From contig OY762209.1 of assembly GCA_963665295.1 (NCBI GenBank), positions 3,136,001 through 3,200,000 on the forward strand: a stretch of DNA of 64,000 nucleotides, in the 5' to 3' direction. Origin of the DNA: Syntrophorhabdaceae bacterium (GTDB taxonomy: Bacteria; Desulfobacterota; Syntrophorhabdia; Syntrophorhabdales; Syntrophorhabdaceae). A program made the position numbers and the translations under genes. The notes beneath the pieces are model-generated. The model was not told the DNA's origin, did no database searches, and saw only the letters and a list, made by a program, of their open reading frames with translations. Below, piece by piece: positions 62,656 to 64,000 of this stretch (positions are counted from its first letter, which is position 1; each line of letters opens with the position of its first letter).

Positions 62656-63465
62656 ATGAGAAGGATACTACGCCCAATCAAGAACCTGCTGGTGAAGAGA
62701 ATACCGAAGTCGATTCTCAAACCTTTGACGGAGATGGAATGCGCAGTGGCAAAGCGTTGGGTATCAAACGCTCACCGACGCCTGATGACGGTTGAGTGGT
62801 CCAACCCGCCGGAGCCTGAATTCTTCGACCACCAGATCGATCTCTTTCACCAGTGGCTTGCCGGAAGAAACCCTCTGTGGCTGGAACGAGGCATTTTCGG
62901 GGGATTGGCGCTACGAGGGGGAGCCGTGTTGGAGCTTTCCTGCGGGGACGGTTTTAACGCGCGTAACTTTTACAGTTTACGGGCCGGACGGGTTGTCGCC
63001 TGTGATTTTGACCCGGAGGCGATAAAGACGGCACAAGAAAAGAACAGCGCCTCCAATATTGAGTTCCTGTTGGCGGATATCCGTACGGGGATGCCGGAAG
63101 GCCGATTTGAAAATGTCGTCTGGGACGCGGCAATCGAGCATTTTACTCCCGCTGAAATAACAAGTATTTTGGAGGGCATAAGATCAAGATTAACGGATGA
63201 CGGCGTGCTGAGCGGCTACACCATCGTGCGAAGGGCCGACGGCAACAAATCGTTATCCCAGCACGAATATGAATTTGAAAGCAAAGAACACCTCATACGC
63301 TTTTTATCCCCATATTTCAAGAATGTGACCGTGTTCGAAACTAATTATCCCGAGAGACACAATCTGTACTTCTGGGCTTCCGATGGCGTGTTGCCATTCG
63401 GGGCGGGCTGGTCAAAAGCGATCACTTACCAAAGGGAGAGTCCTTATGAAGAACGCTCTTCGTGA
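62656..63465 (+). CDS. class I SAM-dependent methyltransferase
   Basis: VLELSCGDG, ACDFD, AAIEH. Confidence 0.82.
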   Translation: MRRILRPIKNLLVKRIPKSILKPLTEMECAVAKRWVSNAHRRLMTVEWSNPPEPEFFDHQIDLFHQWLAGRNPLWLERGIFGGLALRGGAVLELSCGDGFNARNFYSLRAGRVVACDFDPEAIKTAQEKNSASNIEFLLADIRTGMPEGRFENVVWDAAIEHFTPAEITSILEGIRSRLTDDGVLSGYTIVRRADGNKSLSQHEYEFESKEHLIRFLSPYFKNVTVFETNYPERHNLYFWASDGVLPFGAGWSKAITYQRESPYEERSS

Positions 63466-64000
63466 AAGACGGGTGCTTATTACGGGCGGCATGGGATTCA
63501 TCGGCGCCAACCTGGCCCATCGTCTGGTAGACTTGCAGGCAAATGTTACGCTGGTAGACAGTCTCATACCCGAGTACGGCGGTAACCTCTTCAACATCAC
63601 GGGTATCGAGAATCAGGTGAGAGTCAACATCTCCGACGTTCGCGACACGCACAGTATGCGTTACCTTGTACAGGGGCAGGACTATCTCTTCAATCTGGCC
63701 GGGCAGACAAGTCATATGGACTCTATGCAGGATCCATATGTCGATCTGGAGATCAACTGCCGCGCACAGCTTTCCATTCTGGAGGCTTGCAGGAAATACA
63801 ATCCCGGCATCAAGATTGTCTTTGCAAGCACCCGTCAACTCTACGGCAAACCAGACTATCTGCCGGTGGATGAAAAACACCTTTTACGTCCTGTGGATAT
63901 AAATGGGATCAACAAGATGGCCGGCGAGTGGTACCACATCCTTTATAACAATGTATACGGCATCCGTGCATGCGCTCTACGCCTCACGAATACCTATGGC
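63446..64000 (+). CDS. NAD-dependent epimerase/dehydratase (runs off the window)
   Basis: Manual translation MKNALRERRVLITGGMGFIGANLAHRL...FNLAGQTSH...ASTRQLYG. Confidence 0.92.
   Translation, partial: MKNALRERRVLITGGMGFIGANLAHRLVDLQANVTLVDSLIPEYGGNLFNITGIENQVRVNISDVRDTHSMRYLVQGQDYLFNLAGQTSHMDSMQDPYVDLEINCRAQLSILEACRKYNPGIKIVFASTRQLYGKPDYLPVDEKHLLRPVDINGINKMAGEWYHILYNNVYGIRACALRLTNTYG

Overview
Bacterial chromosomal window, probably from an anaerobic Desulfobacterota (Syntrophorhabdus-like) organism; the taxon is inferred from gene content only. It has four zones. (1) 1-13.5 kb, housekeeping: purF, macro-domain gene, pyk, orphan UvrY/GacA-like regulator, eukaryote-type UDP-GlcNAc pyrophosphorylase, and hisA-hisF-hisI-pgpA-pncC-thpR-recA-alaS. 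(2) 13.6-20.4 kb, nitrogen-uptake island: Crp/Fnr regulator, GAF-GAF-ANTAR protein, alternative sigma factor, outer-membrane barrel, small Zn-finger protein, amtB, glnK. The leaders carry ANTAR-type hairpins and terminators and a repeated bipartite promoter-like motif. (3) 20.4-30.8 kb, accessory region. The highlight is a 40-codon ORF missing from the ORF track (22063-22185) ending C-R-K-UGA-K-S-UGA-K-S-UAG, followed immediately by an fdhF-like SECIS hairpin and a radical SAM/SPASM gene. This is a candidate selenocysteine-containing RiPP system. The zone also holds a frameshifted PPi-type pfk, an AcuC-like deacetylase and a PAS-LuxR regulator. (4) 31.1-64 kb, a >32 kb surface-polysaccharide operon with an ops-like element in its leader, Wza/Wzc/phosphatase plus Wzm/Wzt export, and a heavily decorated nonulosonic-acid pathway. 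No rRNA, tRNA, CRISPR array or transposase was recognised.
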